64,000 nt of DNA from an uncultured Candidatus Micrarchaeota archaeon (lineage in GTDB: Archaea; Micrarchaeota; Micrarchaeia; Burarchaeales; Fermentimicrarchaeaceae), in contig CAVXDX010000003.1 in the NCBI GenBank assembly GCA_963760615.1, positions 96,001 through 160,000 of the forward strand. The letters run 5' to 3'. The notes under the pieces were generated by a model that was not told where the DNA came from, ran no database searches, and worked only from the letters and a program-made list of their open reading frames with translations. Positions within the stretch are counted from its first letter, which is position 1. Every line of letters starts with the position of its first letter. This document shows positions 55,317-64,000 of this stretch, piece by piece. The translations under genes were made by a program, and so were the position numbers.

Positions 55317-56492
55317 TTACTTCTTGATGAACTTCTTGAAGAAACTCTCACAGGCTGAGGCGACCCTCTTCCTATACTCTCTGGGGCAAGCAACTATGGC
55401 TTTTCTCCTCATCTCCTCAGTCCTCTTTATAGCCCCTACGATGTCGGAAAGGCTCTCGAGCGGGCGCTCGACCGAATCCTTCACTATGGTGACGCGGCTC
55501 TCGCCGAATCTCTCGTCATATGCTTGCCTGCACTCCAGAATAACATCCTCCACCCCGCTCTTCTTTTCGATGTCTTCCTCAGCCTCCCTCACTTCCCGGT
55601 AGTTCTTAAAGAGCTCTTTCCCCCTCTCATTAAGCCTATAAAACTCAAGCTCGTATGCCCTCTTGTAAAGCTCCCTATTCCTAATCCTCCTCATAAGCTC
55701 CCCGCTTCTCTCACCTCTCTCAAGGGCAGCCCCTAGCTCAGCATCATTGCAGCTGAGCAGCTCACTCATGGAAATTGTTTCATCCTCAAGAGCAGACTCA
55801 ACAGCCCTGCATAGCATTGCGCTGGCAATTCTGACTGCATGATGGTAGTAGACTGATGAGAACATGAGAAACCTAGCTATAAGGAGCGATTCCGCAGCCT
55901 CAATCCCGCCCCACTCTACGACCGCCCTTCCCCCCTTAAGCCTTATGGTGTGAGCCAATCTTCCGCAGTCTATCACTCCGTATGCAACACCGGTGTAGTG
56001 TGAATCCCTCAACAGGTAATCCATCCTGTCAGAGCCAAGTGCGAAATTTATTATTCCGCCGCTTCCCTTCCCAGCCATAATCGAGCAGATCTCTTTCACA
56101 TCATAACCATTCTCCTCAAGCACCTCACCGCTCCTCCCGTGCATGACTCTCTCAACTCCTCTCTTTTCATGGCCGCCCTTCTTTTTCCTTATTAAAATTT
56201 CCTCGCTGTCATGGGAGAAGGCAGTATGCCCCACGTCATGAAGCAGCGCAGCTGCCCTCATTGCTCCCTTCTCCTCTTCCGGGAGTGAGAGGTTCTCGCA
56301 TATCTGCCCGGTTATATGCATCGTGCCAAGGGAGTGCTCAAACCTTGTGTGGTTCGCACCTGGATAAACAAGATAGGCAACCGCCATCTGCCTTATCTCC
56401 CTCAGCTTCTGCATCTCGGGAGTGTCAATGAGCTTCAGCTCAGCATCGCTGACCGATACATCTCCGTGAACGGCATCCTTTATCACGTGCAT
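55317..56492 (-). CDS. HD-domain phosphohydrolase (dNTP triphosphohydrolase-like)
   Basis: IKDAVHG, IRQ, YPGANHTRFEHSLG, LLHDVGH, DRMDYLLRD, VYYH. Confidence 0.9.
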   Translation of the reverse strand: MHVIKDAVHGDVSVSDAELKLIDTPEMQKLREIRQMAVAYLVYPGANHTRFEHSLGTMHITGQICENLSLPEEEKGAMRAAALLHDVGHTAFSHDSEEILIRKKKGGHEKRGVERVMHGRSGEVLEENGYDVKEICSIMAGKGSGGIINFALGSDRMDYLLRDSHYTGVAYGVIDCGRLAHTIRLKGGRAVVEWGGIEAAESLLIARFLMFSSVYYHHAVRIASAMLCRAVESALEDETISMSELLSCNDAELGAALERGERSGELMRRIRNRELYKRAYELEFYRLNERGKELFKNYREVREAEEDIEKKSGVEDVILECRQAYDERFGESRVTIVKDSVERPLESLSDIVGAIKRTEEMRRKAIVACPREYRKRVASACESFFKKFIKK

Positions 56493-57280
56493 TATACCAA
56501 CCCGTAGCAGCCTCTCCTCTTCTCTATGGCATCTCCCCGGTCCTTCATTATCTCAAGAACAACTGCGCAGGCTGGCTCGCCTGTCTTCAGCTCCCTGCTT
56601 ATGTCGGCAAGGTTGTTTGCGCCCTTCTTCATACTCTGCCTGACCTTCTCAATCATGCCGGAAAACCAGCTCCTCTTCGCGACATAGAACCTCTTGTCAA
56701 AACCCCTCGTGCCTATTATATTTCCGCTCCTTATCTCCTTCTCAAACTTATTGCAAAGCGCCTCTGCATCCCTTGCATCCTCTACAATCGCATAGCCGTT
56801 CTTCTCAAGCTGCTCCTCGGGAGTGCCTTCACCTGCTTCTGACTTTTGGCTCTTGAGGAGAGCATAAACATTATTTGAGATTTCGTATACCCCAGTCTTT
56901 GAGTACTTGCCTCCCTTGTAGAGCATCACGGCACCTTTGCCAATGAGCTTTGAAAGAACCTCCTTCTCCCTCTCACTGAGCTTCTTGTTGACATTGTAGG
57001 GTATCCTCTCTGAGAATTTTATGCCGTTGAGCTTCCTGAGCAGCTCCATCTCCTCCATTCCCAGCCCTTTCTGCTCATAGGGGAGTGCGACCTCACCAAT
57101 TTCATCCTTCAGCATTCTCTCCACTGTCTCCTTTTTCACAAGCGTGAACACACCTGGCTTTATCTCGTAGAAATCGACTTCCTCCCCTCCCTGGAGCTTA
57201 AGCTTCTCAACCATTCCCTTTGGGAGTATGCACGCCAGGTTATCCGCAACTCTATAAACTCGAACTATTAAATCACCCAT
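56492..57280 (-). CDS. Hypothetical protein with AbrB-like N-terminus and winged-helix-like segments
   Basis: LACILPKGMVEKLKLQGGEEVDF (AbrB-like); C-terminal LADISRELK...LEIM..G (HTH-like). Confidence 0.6.
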   Translation of the reverse strand: MGDLIVRVYRVADNLACILPKGMVEKLKLQGGEEVDFYEIKPGVFTLVKKETVERMLKDEIGEVALPYEQKGLGMEEMELLRKLNGIKFSERIPYNVNKKLSEREKEVLSKLIGKGAVMLYKGGKYSKTGVYEISNNVYALLKSQKSEAGEGTPEEQLEKNGYAIVEDARDAEALCNKFEKEIRSGNIIGTRGFDKRFYVAKRSWFSGMIEKVRQSMKKGANNLADISRELKTGEPACAVVLEIMKDRGDAIEKRRGCYGLV

Positions 57281-57464
57281 TATAATAGCTTCCACACATA
57301 ATTTAAAGTTTATCACACTTTGTGAACCGACCATTTCTCTGAAAGCAGTAAAATGCAGCTCATTCTAATATCACTGGCGGCAAACCCTGCTTTTCACCAG
57401 AAAGCTCCACCAAAAGATAGATATATATCCAAAGGCAGCTATAAACAACTCAACCCAGGGTGGT

Positions 57465-60400
57465 ATGATGAAAAAATTGGTTTTTTTAACGGTCTTCCTA
57501 CTTCTCATGACTCCTTCATCTTATGCTTCTTTAACCTACCCAACCTCACCAAAAGGCACACCAAGAATTTCAAAGCAGTATATGATGCCTGCCCCAACAA
57601 TCTACACGGTAAATGGCCTTTACCAAATAAACATGACAGGCCTGAGCGACTTTGACCGTCCCGGTAAACCCATTCTTCCTTTTAAGACCGTCAGCCTGCT
57701 TCTGCCTCTTGACCAATCATTTAACAGCGTCGAGGTGATTCCTAGCCAAAGAACAGAGATAGGAAACTATAAAATCAACTATGGCAGAGTAGAACTGCCT
57801 TTGAACTGGGGTTCCGATGCTTATGTAACGAAAAAATTCTCGAATGTAACAACAGTAATAAATCAAACTGTCTATTCTCAAAACAGTGAGTATCCCGGAG
57901 TGCTTTACTCTGTAGGATCAATCTCAATCTTCAGAGGCTATAAGATAATTATTGTAAATCTTTATCCTGTTCAGTATATACCCAGCACAGGAGAAGTCTA
58001 CTATTTCAAATCAATTACTGTCAATGTTTATACAGATAATGTTACGTCAATCCCATCTACCTTCAGAGGCCTTGACACAGACAAGGCAGATGTTTCATCT
58101 ATGGTAAGTAATCCTGAGGATATTGTTACATACAATTCTTCATATAAGTATGTTCCATCTAAAAACGAGTTTGGAACCGCCTCTCTAACTCCGGCCCAAT
58201 GGGACTACGTTATCATAACCTCAAGCAGTCTTGCAAGTGCTTTCCAACCACTACTTGATTACAAGAACTCTCAGGGTATCAAGACAACCATAGAGACTGT
58301 TGAAAACATTTACTCCAAATATTCTGGCAAGGATCAGCAAGAGCAGATTAGGAATTTCATCAAGGATGCTTACACAAACTGGGGCATCAAGTATGTTCTT
58401 TTAGGCGGTGACGGTTCTGGAGTAAATGTCGGAGGAGAGAGCGGGGTCAACATAATTCCAACAAGATATTTGTATCCTAGATTTAGTCAGGCAGACGATG
58501 CAATCCCATCTGACATTTACTATAGCGATCTAGAAGGCTCATTCGATAGCAATGGCAACGGCTATTACGGCGAGCCAGGAGATGGATGCGATATCAATCC
58601 ATCCACTTGCGAGGTTGATTTGTATGCTGACGTCTATGTCGGCAGAGCAACAGTTGCTAATGTTCAGGATGTTAATAATTTTGTTTCAAAGACTATTGCT
58701 TATGATTCTGAAAGCATAAGCGACCCTCACAAGGGCGAGGCATTGATGGTTGGTGAGTATCTTGGCTTTGGAGGCGTTGCAAACTATGCAACTAATAGCA
58801 AGGAAGAGGTGAGGCTAGGCTCGAACCAGAACGGCTATACAACAGCAGGTTTCTATCCGGGCTACTCTGTAGATCTGATGTATGACTCCCCTGCTCACAC
58901 CTGGTCAAAGGATGACTTGATTTCAAAGATCAATAACAATTCCGCCAACATCATCAATCATCTCGGTCATGGCAGCACTTTATGGGTTATGAAGCTCTGC
59001 AACGCTCCTTACTCACAATCAGGTCCTTACTGCGGAGACAGCGGTGTCACGGATCTCAGCAGTCTTAGCAACACGAAATATTTCTTTGCCTACAGCCAAG
59101 CATGCTATTCAGGAGCATTTGACAACTGGAATTATCAAGGTATGTACACAATGTCCGATTCAATAGCAGAGCATCTTGTCAAGGATGCTCACGGCGCTTT
59201 CGCTGTGGTAATGAATAGCAGATATGGGTGGGGTCAATTATTTTCTACTGACGGTGCGTCAGAGAGATATGACAGGCAGTTCTTCGATGCAATCTTTGGG
59301 CAGAACATCACAGAGTTGGGTAAGGCAAATACATACTCGAAGGAAAAGAACATCGGCTATCTATCTTCATCCGATCCAGCTGAAGCAGGCGTGATGAGAT
59401 ACGTCTACTACGAGACAAACCTTTTAGGAGATCCGACTACCCAGCTGCAGACAGACTATACAAAGCCTCAAGCTCTTATCACATCTCCGCAAATGGATGA
59501 CATTTCTTACGGCTCAATAAATGTCAGTGGGTATGCAAAAGCGGGTAAAGCAGCAGGTTCGACATTTAGGAACTATAAAATCTTTTACGGCACTGGAATG
59601 TTTCCTACTGTTTGGAATTCTACTGGCGTGACTTTGGTTAACTATGGGTTGAGACCTGTGGACAATAATAGTCTGGGAACGATTGATACAACTCTTTTTT
59701 ATGATGCGGACACTGATTTTACAGGATGGGATTATTACGCCTATTATTGGGGAAGTGGTGCCGGTGCTTATTCAATCAAGCTGGTAGTTTACGATAACCT
59801 CGGAGCATCAACTGAAAGTATAACTCGTGGTGTTGGAGTTCATAATATAGTGCTGAACCAGCCAATGCCAAGAGATGTCTTAGGACCGATAACTGAAATA
59901 AAAGGGACTGTTTCAAGCGGGTATGCCAATCCTCTTACATCTTATAGTATTGTATATCAGCCACAAAATACTACGGGATGGTCTGCGAGTGGAATAACAC
60001 TAACTAACAGTGGAACACAGCCTGTTTATAACGGTGTCTTGGGAGTTTTGAACGCCGGTGGATTAAATACTGGATGGTATACCTTTAGATTAATAGCTGT
60101 TTATACGTATAATACTAAAATGCAGACCATAGAAAATGTTTATATTGATACAACCTTAAGACCTGGTTGGCCGCAAAGAGTTTATTTTCAAGGTATAGAT
60201 AATCCTTACTTTTGGACTTCCCATATTGTTTCAAGTGGAATTAATATCAGCAATCTTAAAAACTTGAGTATTAATTTAAGCTCATATGGTAAAATTGCCC
60301 CAGGAGGTAATATAGTAAGTAGTGTAAATTACCCTCTTTATAATATATCTAGTTTATCATCTGGATTTGTCAGTCCTTATCAGCCAGGAAACTTTGAGCC

Positions 60401-62987
60401 AGTTGTTAGCGATATCAACGGTGACGGCAAGGATGAAATAATAGTTTTTCAACCAGGAGAGAATACTGCTAGTTTTGGACAAGAAGTCCCAGGAATAATA
60501 TCTGTTTTCAGTCAAGATGGAACACTTTTATATAATTGGTCTATACCAAGTCCTACTATTCCGCCTGGTGGTCTTGGTACCCCTTTAGGTGGAATGGGTT
60601 CAGTGTGGCTTCCACCATTTGCAGTTGCGCCTCCTTCTGTTGCAAATATAGACGGTGATAATGATGAAGAAATTGTAATCCCAGTTGCTCCTGCCCCTAC
60701 AGAAGTTGCTACTTTAAATGTTTATGAATATAACGGCACATTATTAAAAACTCTAGATTCTTCAAGAGATAATTATGATTTTAGGAATGAGCCTCTAATA
60801 GCAAATTTGTTCAATAATGGAACTATGTATGTTGTAAAAAAAGTTGATTATTGCGAAATAGAGCAGCCTCAACCGAACGTACATGAATGGGATGCTTGCT
60901 TGAAAGTTTATGACCCTCAAGGGAATATGCTAAACGGTTGGCCTGTTTCAACCAAGCCTTCCGCCGGAGCGCTAATAATGTTTGGAAAAGTTAATCCAAA
61001 TCAAGTTGTTGGTCATTTTGAAAACAATAAGAACTCGGACATTGTCGACTTTTCTACTGTTCATTGGAATCCTCGGGGTAATCGTGATGGCCTTAAACTC
61101 ACTGTTTATACGCCAAACGGAACCATTCTCCCAGGATTTCCTGTTGTATGGGATGACGGTCTTATCCACACAGCCTCAGACCCTGTTGTAGGAGACATTA
61201 ACAGGGATGGAAAAGATGAAATAATTTTTGTTCATAATGGCGGTACTCTAACTGCCGTAGATAGTAATGGCAATACACTGTGGACTCAGAATTTTCAAGT
61301 GCAAGGAGCAGGAGGTAATACTTATCAGTATTCAAAATCTCCTGCTTTGATTGATATTAATCATGACGGTTATCTAGAGATTGTATTAGTAACAGGTAGT
61401 CACGAATACATCGTAGATCATACAGGAAATATTATTAAAGATTTTATAATAGCATATGGTGTTAGTAATATGGCAACTGCCCAATTTGATGATAATGCTG
61501 CTCCTATAACCGAAAAGTCACCTGTAGTCGTTGATTTGAATAATGATGGCGTTTCTGACATTTTGACAACATCACAGAATTGGGAAGCTTATAATGGTGG
61601 AGACTTTGTCGGATTTGACGACATTCAAGAGATTCATGCCTTCAATCCTTTGGACATTAATAACAGCTCATGTTTTGACAGTAATAATGTATACCTGTGC
61701 GAAAAGAAATACTTTCCAGGTTTTCCAAAAATTATGGAATCTTCAATTTTCTTTTATGCATCTCCAGTGATTATTAATAAGGATGGAAAGGTTGAAATAG
61801 TAGCAACTTCAAGTATGGATGACCTTTTTAAAGGAAGAGCAAGCATCTATGTTTGGGATACTAACATAACTTATGGACCAGAAGCAGCATCGTGGCCTAT
61901 GTTCCAGCACGATGAGATGCATACTGGCAGGTTTGTATTCCCACTAACTCTAGTCCAATCCGTCAATCCCGCATCCGGAACTGCAGTTGCACCGGTCACA
62001 CCAACATTCATCTGCGGTTATTATGACACAAATAATGCTCCAATACTTGGAGCCAGTGTTAATGTCACCATTGACTCAAATATTCACACTGCAACCTACA
62101 ACTCAACTACTGGTGATTACCGCTATTCAGGCCTGACGCTCACTACGGCAACCCATAAATGGTACTGCAGTGCGTCAGCATCAGGATACAACACCAAGAT
62201 AGGTGCTAACCAGACGTATCTTTTTGTAACCCCCATGCCGGTAGCAGCCCTCAAAGGAGGCCCAAACGGACAGCTATATGTCCCCAACATAACAGGCATC
62301 AATTACCTGAAAGTGGATTTGTGGTGCAACATGAGCAACACAGACTGCCAGTTTATTGGCGGCAGGCAATACTGCGGTTGCACACGCATGCAGTGCGACC
62401 AGACAGGAGCCACTGCGGCAAACCGACCATACCCAACAATAACAAACTGGCCGGACGGCAGGATTAACCTGCAGGACACAATGTTTGAGAACCTCAATTT
62501 CGGTCAGAACGAAGGCATGCCTGCCTGGAACTACACGGCAGACTGTATTCCAGACAGGAGGACTAACCTGCAGGATACTGCTGGTGCAAGCTACAGATTT
62601 GGAGCAATAGGCGGAACCTATTCCAACAACACTGCAAATATAAAAGTCCTTTTCAACAATGACCCAAGCTTCAAGATGCCCGATGTATACGGATACATAC
62701 AGATTCCTTCAGGTGCTGTGAACTTCACTGTATATAACGGAACAAAGCCAGTGATGGCGCTGGTGACATTCTACAACAGCTCAATCTTATACCAACTCGC
62801 ACCTGCAACCAAACCAAGCACTCAAGTCCAGACAACAGCTCTTATGGCACCAACCGTTGAGATGCCGGTAGGAAACACATGGACGATGGCAGTGGTTCTC
62901 ATAGCAATAATAGGCTTGGTGATTGGCTACTTCATCCTAAAGGAAATTCTGTACATAAGCGTCCCAAGAAAAAAGAAGAGAAAGTAG
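57465..62987 (+). CDS. Membrane-anchored peptidase C25 (gingipain-like) with propeptide, FG-GAP/VCBS repeats and dockerin-like pair
   Basis: Signal peptide; PGKPILP..FRGY..V.LYPVQY propeptide; YVIIT, KYVLLGGD, SD.YY.DL, VGR, NHLGHG (His), QACYSG (Cys), NLLGDP. Repeats DINGDGKDEI, NIDGDNDEEI, DINRDGKDEI, DINHDGYLEI, DLNNDGVSDI. DGRINLQD..FG..WN..AD..D.RTNLQD..FG. C-terminal TM plus KKKRK. Confidence 0.88.
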   Translation: MMKKLVFLTVFLLLMTPSSYASLTYPTSPKGTPRISKQYMMPAPTIYTVNGLYQINMTGLSDFDRPGKPILPFKTVSLLLPLDQSFNSVEVIPSQRTEIGNYKINYGRVELPLNWGSDAYVTKKFSNVTTVINQTVYSQNSEYPGVLYSVGSISIFRGYKIIIVNLYPVQYIPSTGEVYYFKSITVNVYTDNVTSIPSTFRGLDTDKADVSSMVSNPEDIVTYNSSYKYVPSKNEFGTASLTPAQWDYVIITSSSLASAFQPLLDYKNSQGIKTTIETVENIYSKYSGKDQQEQIRNFIKDAYTNWGIKYVLLGGDGSGVNVGGESGVNIIPTRYLYPRFSQADDAIPSDIYYSDLEGSFDSNGNGYYGEPGDGCDINPSTCEVDLYADVYVGRATVANVQDVNNFVSKTIAYDSESISDPHKGEALMVGEYLGFGGVANYATNSKEEVRLGSNQNGYTTAGFYPGYSVDLMYDSPAHTWSKDDLISKINNNSANIINHLGHGSTLWVMKLCNAPYSQSGPYCGDSGVTDLSSLSNTKYFFAYSQACYSGAFDNWNYQGMYTMSDSIAEHLVKDAHGAFAVVMNSRYGWGQLFSTDGASERYDRQFFDAIFGQNITELGKANTYSKEKNIGYLSSSDPAEAGVMRYVYYETNLLGDPTTQLQTDYTKPQALITSPQMDDISYGSINVSGYAKAGKAAGSTFRNYKIFYGTGMFPTVWNSTGVTLVNYGLRPVDNNSLGTIDTTLFYDADTDFTGWDYYAYYWGSGAGAYSIKLVVYDNLGASTESITRGVGVHNIVLNQPMPRDVLGPITEIKGTVSSGYANPLTSYSIVYQPQNTTGWSASGITLTNSGTQPVYNGVLGVLNAGGLNTGWYTFRLIAVYTYNTKMQTIENVYIDTTLRPGWPQRVYFQGIDNPYFWTSHIVSSGINISNLKNLSINLSSYGKIAPGGNIVSSVNYPLYNISSLSSGFVSPYQPGNFEPVVSDINGDGKDEIIVFQPGENTASFGQEVPGIISVFSQDGTLLYNWSIPSPTIPPGGLGTPLGGMGSVWLPPFAVAPPSVANIDGDNDEEIVIPVAPAPTEVATLNVYEYNGTLLKTLDSSRDNYDFRNEPLIANLFNNGTMYVVKKVDYCEIEQPQPNVHEWDACLKVYDPQGNMLNGWPVSTKPSAGALIMFGKVNPNQVVGHFENNKNSDIVDFSTVHWNPRGNRDGLKLTVYTPNGTILPGFPVVWDDGLIHTASDPVVGDINRDGKDEIIFVHNGGTLTAVDSNGNTLWTQNFQVQGAGGNTYQYSKSPALIDINHDGYLEIVLVTGSHEYIVDHTGNIIKDFIIAYGVSNMATAQFDDNAAPITEKSPVVVDLNNDGVSDILTTSQNWEAYNGGDFVGFDDIQEIHAFNPLDINNSSCFDSNNVYLCEKKYFPGFPKIMESSIFFYASPVIINKDGKVEIVATSSMDDLFKGRASIYVWDTNITYGPEAASWPMFQHDEMHTGRFVFPLTLVQSVNPASGTAVAPVTPTFICGYYDTNNAPILGASVNVTIDSNIHTATYNSTTGDYRYSGLTLTTATHKWYCSASASGYNTKIGANQTYLFVTPMPVAALKGGPNGQLYVPNITGINYLKVDLWCNMSNTDCQFIGGRQYCGCTRMQCDQTGATAANRPYPTITNWPDGRINLQDTMFENLNFGQNEGMPAWNYTADCIPDRRTNLQDTAGASYRFGAIGGTYSNNTANIKVLFNNDPSFKMPDVYGYIQIPSGAVNFTVYNGTKPVMALVTFYNSSILYQLAPATKPSTQVQTTALMAPTVEMPVGNTWTMAVVLIAIIGLVIGYFILKEILYISVPRKKKRK

Positions 62988-62989
62988 TG

Positions 62990-63042
62990 CTTAACAAGGT
63001 GAGTGGGAAATCCCACATGCTTTAGCGGTGGGAGCATGTCAC
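62990..63042 (+). mobile_element. Orphan IS200/IS605 right-end hairpin (MITE/PATE-like remnant)
   Basis: CCCACATGCTTTAGCGGTGGG (63012-63032) is identical to 39967-39987 and is followed by AGCATGTCAC; no tnpB nearby. Confidence 0.8.
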
Positions 63043-63088
63043 GCAGCGTTCATAACAGAAGATATTGGGCATTTCAAGCTTTCTGACC

Positions 63089-63463
63089 TCACTCAAAGTA
63101 TGCAAGCGGGGTGCACCTCTTCTCAAACAAAGCGAATGCAATCACCTTCGCATCCTCCTTGTCCTTGCTTATCTTCGCAGCATCCTCCAAGCACTCCTTC
63201 AGCAGCTTGATTTGGTACTGCCTGTACCTGTCATACTTGTCCTTTGCAACCTCTGCCTCGCTTATCACAGCTATGGAGCCTATCTCCCTCGTCGCATCGT
63301 CATATTCAACAGTCACCTGACTGCCCCTCCGCAGCTTCCTCACTTCGGCAGGGAAATCCTTGGGATATGTAAAAAAAATTCTCTCCTCATCAACATCAAC
63401 TGCAACCCAGTTCCTGTTGTTCTTCCTCCCAGCACCGAAAAACTTGCCTGTGACATCACCCAT
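63089..63463 (-). CDS. Hypothetical protein
   Basis: 124-aa ORF with a beta-rich N-half and helical C-half; normal codon usage. Confidence 0.65.
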   Translation of the reverse strand: MGDVTGKFFGAGRKNNRNWVAVDVDEERIFFTYPKDFPAEVRKLRRGSQVTVEYDDATREIGSIAVISEAEVAKDKYDRYRQYQIKLLKECLEDAAKISKDKEDAKVIAFALFEKRCTPLAYFE

Positions 63464-63608
63464 ATGCTCGCCTCCGTATGTATTTTCGCAGATGATATAA
63501 TAAACATTAACTTTGCAGAATCAATAAATTGTTGGTTAATGAAATTAAGTACACTGAGCCTTGCAAAATAACAAAAAGTATTAAACCTACAATTACGTAA
63601 AAACTAAT

Positions 63609-64000
63609 ATGCATGTTGAGAGGAAACTGCCGGAAAGAACGCACTTCGGAGATAAACCCGTATCCTGCACTCAGTATCTCACGAAAGACAAGCAGATTAC
63701 AACGTTCTGGGAGTACGCTGATCGACTCGGAGTTAAGAGCACTATCCTTATCCATCTTGTAATTACTCCCAACAAGGAACTAATAGAAGCAAGAATAACC
63801 GACAGAACATTGGGCTTTACTAATAACACTATCATATACGACAAATCGGCTGAACCAGTACAACGTTCTTATCCTCCTGGGCGTCAGAGAATAGCAGAAG
63901 ATTACCAGGCAAAGTTAAAACTTTTCCTCGAGAGCGTGGATATAACTATCACACCCGCGCTTCCCTCTGCTGAAAAAACCTTCAAAAATCTTGCAGCAAG
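63609..64000 (+). CDS. Hypothetical protein, partial (runs off right edge)
   Basis: Manual reading: ATG 63609 is open to the window end (MHVERKLPERTHFGDK...). Overlaps a shorter antisense ORF at 63507..63755. Confidence 0.4.
   Translation, partial: MHVERKLPERTHFGDKPVSCTQYLTKDKQITTFWEYADRLGVKSTILIHLVITPNKELIEARITDRTLGFTNNTIIYDKSAEPVQRSYPPGRQRIAEDYQAKLKLFLESVDITITPALPSAEKTFKNLAA

Noticed and set aside
57335-57395. TGAAAGCAG/CTGCTTTTCA stem upstream of the protease
   Set aside because: Could be an operator or chance; no recognisable riboswitch or sRNA features.
57353-57655. 100-aa ORF overlapping the protease start
   Set aside because: A different-frame overlap of the signal-peptide/propeptide region with no independent support.
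297-63571. Numerous long antisense or overlapping ORFs in the track (e.g. 297..845, 5559..6263, 8535..9206, 30466..31251, 44975..45703, 52371..53237, 53679..54419, 54834..55163)
   Set aside because: They are shadows of well-identified genes on the other strand or frame, with Ser/Leu/Phe-rich antisense composition and no motifs.
1-64000. CRISPR array, rRNA, prophage or integrase
   Set aside because: No regularly spaced repeats, rRNA signatures, cas genes, capsid/terminase or recombinase motifs were seen.

Overview
This is a gene-dense archaeal chromosome segment. The gene content points to DPANN, most likely Micrarchaeota (inference). It has archaeal translation and transcription genes, SepF, Cdc6, Alba, Nre and many 'K(G/A)Q' class III prepilin-like genes. 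Shine-Dalgarno-like GGTGA motifs typically lie 4-5 nt before starts, which I used to refine some start codons. Most of the window is housekeeping: t6A pathway (Sua5, Kae1, Bud32), upper mevalonate cluster, rpoE1/spt4, TyrRS, NadE, ribosomal proteins, thiamine salvage, GlmM/GlmU, PurH, and tRNA-Ala(GGC, 14-nt intron) and tRNA-Val(GAC). Several real genes were missed by the ORF track: eL41, eS31, eL24, Sec61beta and a partial acdB. Main accessory features: (1) a 1840-aa membrane-anchored gingipain-like (C25) protease with FG-GAP repeats and a dockerin-like pair. (2) An IS1341-type tnpB-only element plus two orphan copies of its right end, one retaining an omegaRNA-like body. (3) A dense non-coding locus upstream of rpl7ae with two box C/D sRNA candidates (one complementary to the 23S PTC region), a 30-aa Arg/Lys-rich micro-ORF and a possible K-turn leader. 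(4) Three loci of class III pilin-like genes, including a vWA adhesin operon between kae1 and bud32 and a pilin fused to a ~57-Cys repeat domain. No CRISPR array, rRNA or prophage was seen. All calls come from motif recognition by eye; no database searches were run.
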